This document shows, piece after piece, positions 45,957-56,000 of a stretch of DNA of 64,000 bases (position 1 is its first letter; the number at the start of each line of letters is the position of its first letter). The stretch is from an uncultured delta proteobacterium (GTDB lineage: Bacteria; Myxococcota_A; Polyangia; Polyangiales; Polyangiaceae): assembly GCA_963806225.1 (NCBI GenBank), contig CAWDXG010000004.1, positions 4,032,001 to 4,096,000 on the forward strand, given 5' to 3'. The notes below the pieces were generated by a model that saw only the letters and a program-made list of their open reading frames with translations, did no database searches and was not told where the DNA came from. Both the position numbers and the translations under genes were made by a program.

Positions 45957-47933
45957 TCAGCGGCGGCGCCGGCGGACCAGACCGGCCGCGCCTAGCGCGC
46001 CCAGCAGCAGCGCGAGCGGTGCTGGGGTTCGCCGCGATCCGGGCAGCTCGCAGGAACAGCCGCCGGTGTCGCCGGCGTTTGCAGCATTGCCGCTGCTGCC
46101 GCCGCTGGCCGACGACCCAGCCACTCCGGCGTCACCGGTGGCGCCTCCGGCGCTCGCTCCCGCCGTGCCCGCGGCGCCGCCCGCGCCGGAGCCCGCCGTG
46201 CCGCCCGCGCCGGAGCCCGCCGTGCCGCCCGCGCCGGAGCCCGCCGTGCCGCCTGCGCCGGAGCCCGCCGCGCCGCCCGCGCCCGACGCGCCGCCCGCGC
46301 CCGACGCGCCGCCCGCGCCCGACGCCCCACCCTGGCCCCCGGTGCCTGCGTCGACGCCCGCCTGCCACGCCACCTTCAACAGCGGCAGACTCCACTGAGC
46401 GCTGACCGCGGACTTTCCGGGGCACGTGACGTAGCTGTAGTCCCAGTACCCGTTGAAGACGAAGTCGCTCTTGTCCAGCGGCGTGCCGTTCGCCTGCAGC
46501 GTGATCGTCAGGGTGCGCAGCGCGCCGACGGCGAGAGTTCCCTCGGCCACGCCCGTGCCGAGCGAACTGGCAGTGACAGGCTGCCCGTTGATGTCGCCGG
46601 TGCCGCCGTCGCTCGTGAACCCGGTCAGGGAGAGTGCCGGATCCAGCGGCAGCACAAACTGGAGATCCGCCGGCACGTCGCCGGCGTTCTTCAGCGTCGC
46701 AGTCAGTGTCAGGCTGTCGCCGGCCTTCAGCTGGGAAACGTTCGAGACCAGGGCCGAGGTCTGCCCGAAGTCCGGCGAAGTCACGTCGATGTCGAACGCC
46801 GCGAGCACCGGCACGTAGGAGTCGCCAGTGGTGATCGTGCGGATCACGGCGGACTTCTGACCGTTGGAGAGCTGCCCTTTGGCCGAGCTGACGGGCACCG
46901 TGGTCAGATCCCAGCCCTGGCGCCCGCCGCTGACGTTGGCGCCGTTCTTCGCGTCCTGGTTTTTGTTGCCGAAGCTGCCACCCGTATCGAGCTGGCCGTT
47001 CGCGTCGTTGATCTGCGAGCAGAAGAAGTTGTCCGCAGGATTGTTGGGGCCGGACAGCTGGGCAAACGAGCCACTCGCCGTCGCGCCGATCTCCAGCTGG
47101 TCGCCCGTCAGGTTCGCGTCGCCTTCGAGCGCGCTGATGACGACGCTGCCGTCCACCTGGCCGTAGGCCGGCGCGCAGAACCCGCTGACCGAGTAGTCCT
47201 GCTGGGCGTTCTCGTCGACGAAGGAGCCGCCGACGAAAATGCTCAGGTTGCGGCTGGGCATGCCCTCGCCCGAATAGGCGACCACCAATGTCCAGCCGGA
47301 AGCATTCAGGCTGTTGATGTTCATGTGCTGGGTCGCGGGTACGCCCTGCACCGCGTAGCTGGCGGCTCCGTGCTGCTTGACGAAGCTCGTCACGTCAGCG
47401 GAGCGCATGTAGTAGTTGACGGCGAAGCCCTTGACCGAGGTCTGCGCGATAGTGAGCGCTGTCGCCGGATCGGGCGACACCTGGACGGACTGCCCGCCGG
47501 CGCTCAGCGTGACCTTGTTGTCGAGGTAGGCGGTTACGTCTTCGATGTAGTTGTAGCTGCCCGCCCAGACGAGCTCGGCGTAGCGCACCTGGGAGTACTG
47601 CGGCAGGGCGAGCGTGTTCTTCGAACCGCTCTTCGTCCAGTCCCAGGTCGTACCGGCCGGCCACGGGTTGGCACCATCCAGAGGATTGTTGTCGACGCTG
47701 CTTGAATCGAGCGCGATGAACGTGCCAATCGAGTCGCGCGTGCCCGGGCCATTCTCGTTGTAGGCCTTGCTCAGGCCGAGCGTGTTGCCCGTCGCGACGA
47801 TGCCGCCGTTGGTCGTGGTCGAGAAGCGCAGCACCTGCGCTTTCGCGCTGTGCGCCATCCCCAACGCTGCCGCGATCGCCGCCGCCGAAGGGAGGAGTAC
47901 ACGAGCCGCCCGGGGAAGGATGCGCCAAGCCAT
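45957..47933 (-). CDS. Secreted surface protein (DUF3344/DUF11-like domains) with Gly-rich linker and MYXO-CTERM anchor
   Basis: Signal AKA-Q, RFSTTTNGG..TGNTLGLSK, YAELVWAG, GWTLVVAY, ALEGDANLTGD, GDSLTLTATLKNAG. Tail GGCSC..LALLLGALGAAGLVRRRRR. Confidence 0.8.
   Translation of the reverse strand: MAWRILPRAARVLLPSAAAIAAALGMAHSAKAQVLRFSTTTNGGIVATGNTLGLSKAYNENGPGTRDSIGTFIALDSSSVDNNPLDGANPWPAGTTWDWTKSGSKNTLALPQYSQVRYAELVWAGSYNYIEDVTAYLDNKVTLSAGGQSVQVSPDPATALTIAQTSVKGFAVNYYMRSADVTSFVKQHGAASYAVQGVPATQHMNINSLNASGWTLVVAYSGEGMPSRNLSIFVGGSFVDENAQQDYSVSGFCAPAYGQVDGSVVISALEGDANLTGDQLEIGATASGSFAQLSGPNNPADNFFCSQINDANGQLDTGGSFGNKNQDAKNGANVSGGRQGWDLTTVPVSSAKGQLSNGQKSAVIRTITTGDSYVPVLAAFDIDVTSPDFGQTSALVSNVSQLKAGDSLTLTATLKNAGDVPADLQFVLPLDPALSLTGFTSDGGTGDINGQPVTASSLGTGVAEGTLAVGALRTLTITLQANGTPLDKSDFVFNGYWDYSYVTCPGKSAVSAQWSLPLLKVAWQAGVDAGTGGQGGASGAGGASGAGGASGAGGAAGSGAGGTAGSGAGGTAGSGAGGTAGSGAGGAAGTAGASAGGATGDAGVAGSSASGGSSGNAANAGDTGGCSCELPGSRRTPAPLALLLGALGAAGLVRRRRR
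46177..46326. repeat. Intragenic tandem repeats: 4 x 24 bp and 3 x 18 bp
   Basis: Unit CCGCCCGCGCCGGAGCCCGCCGTG (encodes TAGSGAGG) followed by unit CCGCCCGCGCCCGACGCG (encodes ASGAGG). Confidence 0.9.
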
Positions 47934-48040
47934 GGCCGGCGAGCATATCAGGCGCCTGCAACGAGACCCGCCCGTTGCCACGCCCGGATCCGCTGTGACT
48001 AGAACCGGGAACCGCTTGTTCCCGACAGCCGGCTGCCGCC

Positions 48041-49339
48041 CTAGAACGCGTACGACAGCGTGCCGCCGCCGCTGGGGCCGCCGCTGGTGGACTTGCGGGC
48101 CTGGTAGCCGCCGCGTGCCGCCACGGTGAAGCCTTGGCCGAGGTTCACGCCGATCTGCCCGATCAGGCGCACGCCGTACTTGTCTGCGTGGGGCATGTCG
48201 CTCACCTCGACGATGGGCGCGATGACAACGCGGTCGCTGGCGCGGATATCGAGCTCGCTGTAGAAGCGCGTGCCGAACACCTGGATGGCCTCGAATCCGA
48301 GCTTGAGCTTCGAGCCATACGGGTCGCCGATGAGCAGCGCGCCACCGCCGCCGACGGAGAAGCCGACCTCGGTAACGCTCGTCAGGAACTCGCCTTCCAG
48401 GTGCCAGTTGTCGGCGAGGCGGAACTGCACAGTCGGTGCGCCGTAGTTCAACCCGACCTTCGAGCGCTCCGAAAGGCTCTTGCCCTTGTTCGCCTCGGTG
48501 TCGATCGCGACCGGCGAGCGACCGCGCACCACGCCCGCACGCAGGCTGAACTCGCTCACCACGCGCAGCGGCCGGTACGTGTACGAGCCCTCGATGCGGT
48601 AGTAGTAGTCCTTCACCTGCACCGGCGTCGTGATGCCGGTGGTCGGATCCGTCTCGGTCGCGTCACTCTGACCGAAGGACACGTACTCGGCACCGGCCTT
48701 GAACACGGAGCGGCGGTTTTCCAGCCGCTGGGACAGCGCGCGCTCGCGCACGTCCATCAGATCCTCGGGGACCTCGACGCGGTGCATGTTGGGGCGCGAC
48801 GCGAACACCGTCTGCCGGCTGCCGTCGAGTTCTTCGATCTCGATCGTGTAGGAAAGCGCCGGCCAGCGCACGTCGGACGCGGGAATGATCGCCACGTACG
48901 GACCTTCCGAGCCGCGGCGGAACTTCACCTGGTGAAGCGCAGGATCGGCACCGATGCGGTAGACGAGCAGCGCCTGCTTGACCAGCTGCGGGTTGTCGAT
49001 GGAGGCGCGGACAACCAGCGGCTTGTGCGCGGGCGCAACGGAGACCGGGTGGTGGTGCAGGCGCGGGCCGAGCGGCGCCGGCGCCTTCTGCTGCTTTTCG
49101 GTGTCCGGCTCCGGCGTCGCCGGCACGCCAGCGGACTTCTCGTCGCTCATCTTCTGTCCGGCGTCAGGCTGTGCGGCGCCTCCCGCGGCGGGCGCCGCGG
49201 CCTTTGCGTCTGGCGGAGCGGCCGCAGGCGCGGCCTGGGCGGCCTTGTCGTGCGACTTCGGCTGGGCCAGAGCCACGCAGGGCAGCGAGACGAGTGCCAC
49301 GACGACTGCGCTCGAGACGAGCTTGTGCGGCGTCACCAT
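48041..49339 (-). CDS. Hypothetical outer-membrane protein (Ig-like domain + beta-barrel), paralog of the upstream gene
   Basis: Signal ALA-Q, YTIEIE, barrel strands, terminal LSYAF. Confidence 0.78.
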   Translation of the reverse strand: MVTPHKLVSSAVVVALVSLPCVALAQPKSHDKAAQAAPAAAPPDAKAAAPAAGGAAQPDAGQKMSDEKSAGVPATPEPDTEKQQKAPAPLGPRLHHHPVSVAPAHKPLVVRASIDNPQLVKQALLVYRIGADPALHQVKFRRGSEGPYVAIIPASDVRWPALSYTIEIEELDGSRQTVFASRPNMHRVEVPEDLMDVRERALSQRLENRRSVFKAGAEYVSFGQSDATETDPTTGITTPVQVKDYYYRIEGSYTYRPLRVVSEFSLRAGVVRGRSPVAIDTEANKGKSLSERSKVGLNYGAPTVQFRLADNWHLEGEFLTSVTEVGFSVGGGGALLIGDPYGSKLKLGFEAIQVFGTRFYSELDIRASDRVVIAPIVEVSDMPHADKYGVRLIGQIGVNLGQGFTVAARGGYQARKSTSGGPSGGGTLSYAF

Positions 49340-51027
49340 GTGTAGCTCAACGCTCCCCCGAGGCCGGGACCCGCGTGGTTGATGGTTCGGCCCTGGTACG
49401 AGCCGCGTGCTGCCACCACCAGCCCGGGCAGGACGCGGTATCCCACCTGGGCAATGGCGCGCACGCCTACGTCGCTCTGCGACTGGGAGATGTCGGCGGG
49501 CGCGGTGCCCGGCACCGCGGGACGCAACTTGGCCTCGTCGTGCTGCGCGAAGCCCGCTGGCTGGTTGGTCACCTCCGTGCGGAACATGATCGGCACCTTC
49601 TCGAAGCTGTTCAGGTCGAGCTCGGTGATACCGCGCAGGCCGACCCCGCCGAGGATCTCGCCGCCGATCATCAGATTGGTCTTCTTGTCGTTGCCGATGC
49701 GGATCAGCGCCTGGGTGCCGCCGGTCACGCCCTGGTCTTCCAGACCGATCACTCCCCGTCCGATGAGCGACACGAACGAGCTGATGCCGAACTCGCCCTC
49801 GATGTAGCCGTACGTCAGCCCGACCTTGCGCGCGGTCTTGCCGAGGTTGTCGAGGTCGTCGAGCGAGCCGCCCACGCCGCGGTACACGCCGAAGCCCGTG
49901 CGTACCGCACGCACGCCAACGTCATCGAGCCGCATCCCGACCGAGCCCTCGGTCTGCCAGGCGTGGTCGTTGTGCTTCCAGTTGTTGTAGTCGGCGTAGT
50001 CGGTGAGGATCGTCACGTTCGCTTCGTGACGCTTGGGAGGCTTCGGCGTCGGGATCGCGTGCACCGTCACCTTGTTCGGCGTGTCGGCATCGCCGACGAT
50101 GGGGATCGCGACCCCGGCCGCGTTCGTCGCTTCGATGAAGTACTCGAGCTCCGGCGCCCGCACGCGATCCGCCGGGATCGTGACGGTGTAGTAGCCCTTG
50201 CCGACCGCCTGCATGGGCGTCGAGCCGTAGGCTACCTCGCCCCGGTTGCGCGAATGGAACACGGCGCCTGTCGCGGGCCCAGCCACTTCCACTCCGAACG
50301 AGATCGGCAGGTGATCCAGCGCCTCGTCCGGCGGCTTGAAACCACCGAGCCGAGGGCGCGGCGCGGCGGACGAAGTGCTGGTGTTCTCGAGCTGGATGAG
50401 CTTGCGGAGCTGCTGGGCTTCCTCGTACAGCACCACCGCGAAGCGACTGTGCGGGTGCTTGCGCACGTAGTCCTCGCAGCGGATGATGCGCGTGGTCGGG
50501 TTGGCGCCACGCAGCGACTCGAACATTTCGGAAACCTCGGCGGCTTCGGGATCCAGCGGTTTTCCTTGTGCGGCCGACGAGGGCGGCGCCTGCGGCGCTG
50601 CGGGCTTTCTAGAGGGGGAAGGCGAGACCGCCGCCGGCATGCGCCACAGGATCACCACGTCGCCCGGCTGCGGCTTGCGCTGGAGCGAGCCCTCCGGCTT
50701 CGCGAGCGAAAGCTTGTCGCGCACCTGGGTGAGCTTCAGCGATCCGATCCGGAAGCGATCGGTGATGATCTTTCCGGTCACCGGGTGCTTCAGCTTGAGC
50801 GGCCGCCACAGCTCGACTTCATCACCGTCGTGGGCGCCGCGGTCTCCCGCGATGTCCACGACGATGTCGCCGTGAGACAGTTCCACCACGTAGCCGTGCA
50901 CCGACCGCGGCTGGTCCTGGGCCGCCTTGGGCGGCGCGCCCAGTGCCTGGCTCACGCCGCCGGCGCCCAGTGCCAGGACAGCCGCAAGTGCGCCGACTAC
51001 CGCCCTATGTCGAACCCTCCGCGTCAC
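49333..51027 (-). CDS. Hypothetical outer-membrane protein with an extra N-terminal domain
   Basis: Signal peptide, YFIEAT, barrel strands, terminal LSYTW. 7-nt overlap with the downstream paralog. Confidence 0.78.
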   Translation of the reverse strand: MTRRVRHRAVVGALAAVLALGAGGVSQALGAPPKAAQDQPRSVHGYVVELSHGDIVVDIAGDRGAHDGDEVELWRPLKLKHPVTGKIITDRFRIGSLKLTQVRDKLSLAKPEGSLQRKPQPGDVVILWRMPAAVSPSPSRKPAAPQAPPSSAAQGKPLDPEAAEVSEMFESLRGANPTTRIIRCEDYVRKHPHSRFAVVLYEEAQQLRKLIQLENTSTSSAAPRPRLGGFKPPDEALDHLPISFGVEVAGPATGAVFHSRNRGEVAYGSTPMQAVGKGYYTVTIPADRVRAPELEYFIEATNAAGVAIPIVGDADTPNKVTVHAIPTPKPPKRHEANVTILTDYADYNNWKHNDHAWQTEGSVGMRLDDVGVRAVRTGFGVYRGVGGSLDDLDNLGKTARKVGLTYGYIEGEFGISSFVSLIGRGVIGLEDQGVTGGTQALIRIGNDKKTNLMIGGEILGGVGLRGITELDLNSFEKVPIMFRTEVTNQPAGFAQHDEAKLRPAVPGTAPADISQSQSDVGVRAIAQVGYRVLPGLVVAARGSYQGRTINHAGPGLGGALSYTW

Positions 51028-51040
51028 GGCGCAGGGCAAT

Positions 51041-51056
51041 TGCAAGCGCCGGACCA
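51041..51056 (-). promoter_or_regulatory. Putative sigma54 promoter
   Basis: Minus strand TGGTCCGGCGCTTGCA has GG-N10-GC spacing with TTGCA, 13 nt before GTG 51027. Confidence 0.6.
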
Positions 51057-51207
51057 GGGCGGAAATCAGCCAATACGCTGGAAATCCCGCCGATCAAGTG
51101 TGACTCCAGCACCACGGCTGCGTAGTGGTTCTACCACTTGTGTGCCTGGACGATACGCGGCGCGCAGCCGCGTACGCGGACGGGTGTCCAGGCTTTTGCG
51201 AGGGGTG

Positions 51208-52248
51208 CTACTCGGCGGCGCTCATGTCGAAGCCATCCTTGGCGAGCTCCCTTTCGCTCTCCTCTAGTGCCTCGAACGGATCCTGCCAGTCCTCGTACTG
51301 CAGGATGTCGAGCTCGGCGAAGCGCTCGCGCTGGCGCTGGCTGAGCAGGCCGATGCGCTTCACGGCGGGCACGATCTTGCTGAACAGGATCTGCCGGAAC
51401 TGCCGCTGCCCTTCGTTGTTGAGCGCGATGTCCATGCACTCCTGCATGGGCAGGCCCATCTTTTCCCACACCTGCTGGAACAGGAAGCGGTCGCGCATCA
51501 GCACTGCAGACTCGTAGATGAAGTCCTCGCGCTCCTGCACGTCGGACTCCTTCATGTCCTTGTAGTAGTCGCGCAGCGACAGCACGCCGTAGGCGACGTG
51601 GCGCGCTTCGTCCTGCAGCACGTAGGTGGTCAGGTCCTTGAGCAGCGGCTCGAGCACCGTCTGGCGCGTCACACCGAATGCAGCCAGCGCGAGACCCTCC
51701 ACCATGATCTGCATGCCGAGCAGCTTCATGTCCCAGCGCGAGTCGGTGAGAATCAGATCCAGCAGCTTTTTCAGGTGTGGGCTGATCGGGTAGGAGTCGC
51801 CAACCTTCTCGTGCAGGTAGCGATCGAAGACCTCGACGTGGCGCGCCTCGTCGACGACCTGCGTCGCGACGTAGTACTTCGAGTCGATGTCGGGCACGGA
51901 GTTGACGAGCTGCGACGCCGCAAGCAGCGCGCCCTGCTCGCCGTGCAGGAACTGCGACTGCGTCCACGCCGGCATCTCGCGACGCAGCTGGTCGTGCTCC
52001 TTCTTCGTCAGCTTCGCGTAGATCTCCGAGCCGTACAGCGGGTGCATGAACTCGGGAATGTTGTCCTTGTCGAGGTCGACATCGATCGACCAGTCGAGAC
52101 GCTCGTCCGAGTTCCACTGCGCTTTCTTCGCCTTGCGATACAGCTCGCGCAGGTCATGGCGCGTCTCCTCGTAGCCCCAGTTGTAGTTGACATCGAGGGT
52201 GACCTCGATGCGCTCGATGTTCAGCGGACGGTGTGCGCTCTCGGACAT
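51208..52248 (-). CDS. Ferritin-like diiron oxygenase (AurF / p-aminobenzoate N-oxygenase-like)
   Basis: HGEQGAL, DEARHVE, VEGLAL and DEARHVAYG diiron ligand pattern. SD AGGAG. Confidence 0.88.
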   Translation of the reverse strand: MSESAHRPLNIERIEVTLDVNYNWGYEETRHDLRELYRKAKKAQWNSDERLDWSIDVDLDKDNIPEFMHPLYGSEIYAKLTKKEHDQLRREMPAWTQSQFLHGEQGALLAASQLVNSVPDIDSKYYVATQVVDEARHVEVFDRYLHEKVGDSYPISPHLKKLLDLILTDSRWDMKLLGMQIMVEGLALAAFGVTRQTVLEPLLKDLTTYVLQDEARHVAYGVLSLRDYYKDMKESDVQEREDFIYESAVLMRDRFLFQQVWEKMGLPMQECMDIALNNEGQRQFRQILFSKIVPAVKRIGLLSQRQRERFAELDILQYEDWQDPFEALEESERELAKDGFDMSAAE

Positions 52249-52281
52249 GGCTGGCTCCTACCGGGGGACGGGCGACCTCTA

Positions 52282-52354
52282 AAACTGAAACCTGGTTCAG
52301 GTTTGTTCCCTTCTTGATCCTGGTCAAGTTAAATCCGAAACCCGTTTCACTTTT
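52282..52354. promoter_or_regulatory. Two related palindromic operators between the diiron oxygenase gene and TetR
   Basis: TGAAACCTGGTTCA and CGAAACCCGTTTCA in an AT-rich spacer, with TTGA-N6-TCAA between them. Confidence 0.6.
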
Positions 52355-52388
52355 CGTCCGGGCGGGGCTATCTTCAAGGGGGATTTCG

Positions 52389-53123
52389 ATGGCTCGAGCT
52401 GCCGGACAACAGAGAGTAGTAGTGCCGCTGGATCCGGCCCGGACCGAGCACGCCAGCGTGCCCCCACCCACCCGCTACACCCGCAGCTTCACCCAGAAGC
52501 GGGCGCGCGCGACCTACAACGCCTTGGTAGGCGCGGCTGCCGAGGTGTTCGCGGAAAAGGGCTTCGACGCGACGCAGACGCCCGACATCGCACGCCGCGC
52601 CGGCGTGAGCGTGGGCACGTTCTATCGCTACTTCAACGATAAGCGGCAGGTCTTCATCGAGATGATCACTGAATACCTCGAGGAGACCTACGAGAGCGTC
52701 ATGGGCAACCTCACGCCCGACGCGTTCGCTGCGACGCGCACGCCGCGCGACAGGCGCGCGACGGTGGATCACGTCATCGACGTGCTGTTCCAGAACGCTG
52801 CCGAGCACCCCGACCTGCACTTCGTGTTCCTCGCGATGTCGATGCGCGATCCCGAGGTCGCCGAGATCCGGCTGCGCTTCGAGAAGCGCGGAAGGCAGGC
52901 GCTCGCTGCGGTCATCGAAGCGGTCGTGCCACGCGAGCGCATCCCCGATCCTCTCGCAGCAGCCGAAGTGATCCAGCTTGCCGCAGAGGAGGCCGCGACG
53001 GCAACCACCGGCGGCCGCGGTCCTCGAGCGTCCCCCGAGCGCGCACAGGCGCTCCGCAACGCGCTCGCCGACATGATCTACCGCTACGTGTTCGGTACCG
53101 AGGAAGTGCCGCCCGGCGAGTAG
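52389..53123 (+). CDS. TetR/AcrR-family transcriptional regulator
   Basis: AAAEVFAEKGFDATQTPDIARRAGVSVGTFYRYFNDK. Confidence 0.94.
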   Translation: MARAAGQQRVVVPLDPARTEHASVPPPTRYTRSFTQKRARATYNALVGAAAEVFAEKGFDATQTPDIARRAGVSVGTFYRYFNDKRQVFIEMITEYLEETYESVMGNLTPDAFAATRTPRDRRATVDHVIDVLFQNAAEHPDLHFVFLAMSMRDPEVAEIRLRFEKRGRQALAAVIEAVVPRERIPDPLAAAEVIQLAAEEAATATTGGRGPRASPERAQALRNALADMIYRYVFGTEEVPPGE

Positions 53124-53224
53124 CTCGCGGATCGCGATTTTCGCGCACTCTGCGAAGTCTGGAAAATCCCTGGCGCGTGCGGGTGCACGCGTTAGCTTGA
53201 TCTACGTCAAGAGAGGGGGGCGTC

Positions 53225-53476
53225 ATGCCGCATTTCATGGATGTTCATACCGAGATGAAAGGCATCACCAAGCAGCAACTCGAGGAGGCGCACCGCGCCG
53301 ACCAGAAGCTGGAGAAGGCAGAGAAGGTGCACTTCATCAAGGCCTGGGCCGACCCGAAGACAGGGCGCGTCTTCTGCCTTTCGGAAGCACCGAATCGTGA
53401 AGCCGTGCAGCGGGTCCACGAGCGCGCCGGACACAAGCCGAACGAGATCTACGAAGTTCCGCTGAGCACCGAGTAG
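53225..53476 (+). CDS. DUF4242 / SCO4226-like small metal-binding protein
   Basis: FMDVH..EAHRAD..W.D..GRVFCLSEAP..EAV..VH..AGH...IYEV. Confidence 0.88.
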   Translation: MPHFMDVHTEMKGITKQQLEEAHRADQKLEKAEKVHFIKAWADPKTGRVFCLSEAPNREAVQRVHERAGHKPNEIYEVPLSTE

Positions 53477-53524
53477 CGCGAGCACACGAGCCTGGACACG
53501 CCCCGATGCCGGCGCGGCGCGGTT

Positions 53525-54823
53525 TCAGCGCTGCGTCGGTAGGGGACGGATGCACGCCGCGCCCCAGCGCTCGGCGTCTTCGTGTCGAACGCCGAAGCAG
53601 GCGCGCCGTACCGCGCAGTCCTCGCAACCCGCCAGGTAGCGCCTGAAGGGAACGGGCTCGACGACGCGCATCGGGTCGACCACGCCGGGGTCGGCGTCGA
53701 ACGCGCACAGAGGCGCGCCGCACGGGTCGGCTACTCCCTGCACCGCCACGCCCGATTCCACAGCGGCCTGGAGGGTGCGCATGAGCGCATCGCGAACCAC
53801 GTCGGGGTGCACGTTGGACGGGTCCTCTTCGGGTGATGGCGCAAAAGGCCGCGACGGATACGACAGCGACAAGCCGGAGAGAAGCGGGTGGGCGTTGAAC
53901 GCGGTCGCGATGAATCCGGGCAGAGTCGGCACCGTGGACAACGACGCAGGCACGAGCACCGCGTTCAGCTGGACGCGGACGCCCGCGGCGAGCAGCGCAC
54001 GGATCCCGTCGACCGTGCGCTGGTGCGTGCCCGGAGCGCGCGTGAGCCGATCGGAGACCGCCGGGTCGGAGCTCTGTAGCGAAACGAACGCCGCGTCGAG
54101 TCCGTTCTGCGCGAGCTCCCCCGCACGGTCATCCCGCGCCAGGAGCACGGCGTTCGTCTCGAGGCAGATATGCCTCATGCCGAGGGCGCGCGCGTGACGG
54201 ATGTGCCCGGCGAGCTGGCTGTCCAGCGTCGGCTCTCCCCCGGAGATGTTCAGCCGCTCCACACCGGCCCGCGCTAGATCCTCGATCCACAGGCGCACCT
54301 GCTCCGGACCGAAGTCGCCCCACTGCCGCGACTGCCAGCAGAATCCGCAGTCCTGGTTGCAGCGGAATCCGGTCCGCACGAGCCCGGTGTTTTCCACACC
54401 CGGAATCACCTGCCGGAAAAACTCGAGCGGGATGTCGAGCGGAAGAGCTCCAAGCGGCCTGGCTGCAGCGCGAGCTGCCTTCCAGCGCTCGCTCGTCACG
54501 GAAACCTCGAGGCGCCGGCTCAGGATTTCCAGGGCCCGCCGCACACGTTGATCGCGAGCACGATGCCGCACCGTGGTGCGCGCGCGCGACCTTTCGGCAT
54601 CCCATTCGATGTAAAGGATGTGGTCACTCTGTCGTTCCGGCTCGCGCAGGGTCAGGGCGAAGGCTCCGTTTTCGGTGCTCACGTCCACCAGCTCGAGCGC
54701 GAAATGGGGGAGCGAGACGGGCAGCTCGGGGGCCCGGACCAGGACACGCGCGACGTCGCGCCGGATCTCCTGCGCGCGATCGTGGGGCGGCTCGGGATCG
54801 CGGAAGCTGACGGCCTCGGTCAC
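53525..54823 (-). CDS. Radical SAM protein (HxsC-like) with N-terminal extension and C-terminal Cys cluster
   Basis: CNQDCGFC, ISGGEPTL, LETNA, C-terminal PCGAPLC and CEDCAVRRAC. Confidence 0.88.
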   Translation of the reverse strand: MTEAVSFRDPEPPHDRAQEIRRDVARVLVRAPELPVSLPHFALELVDVSTENGAFALTLREPERQSDHILYIEWDAERSRARTTVRHRARDQRVRRALEILSRRLEVSVTSERWKAARAAARPLGALPLDIPLEFFRQVIPGVENTGLVRTGFRCNQDCGFCWQSRQWGDFGPEQVRLWIEDLARAGVERLNISGGEPTLDSQLAGHIRHARALGMRHICLETNAVLLARDDRAGELAQNGLDAAFVSLQSSDPAVSDRLTRAPGTHQRTVDGIRALLAAGVRVQLNAVLVPASLSTVPTLPGFIATAFNAHPLLSGLSLSYPSRPFAPSPEEDPSNVHPDVVRDALMRTLQAAVESGVAVQGVADPCGAPLCAFDADPGVVDPMRVVEPVPFRRYLAGCEDCAVRRACFGVRHEDAERWGAACIRPLPTQR

Positions 54824-54868
54824 GGCGCGGATATTCTAGCAGCGTCGCGCAAACCAGGCTGAACGCGG

Positions 54869-55966
<1,098 letters not shown>

Positions 55967-56000
55967 GGTCCGGACAATGTAACCATCCGGAATGATGTCG

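Noticed and set aside
46177..46326. CRISPR array
   Set aside because: The repeats are contiguous without spacers, in-frame and encode a Gly-rich linker. No cas genes are present.
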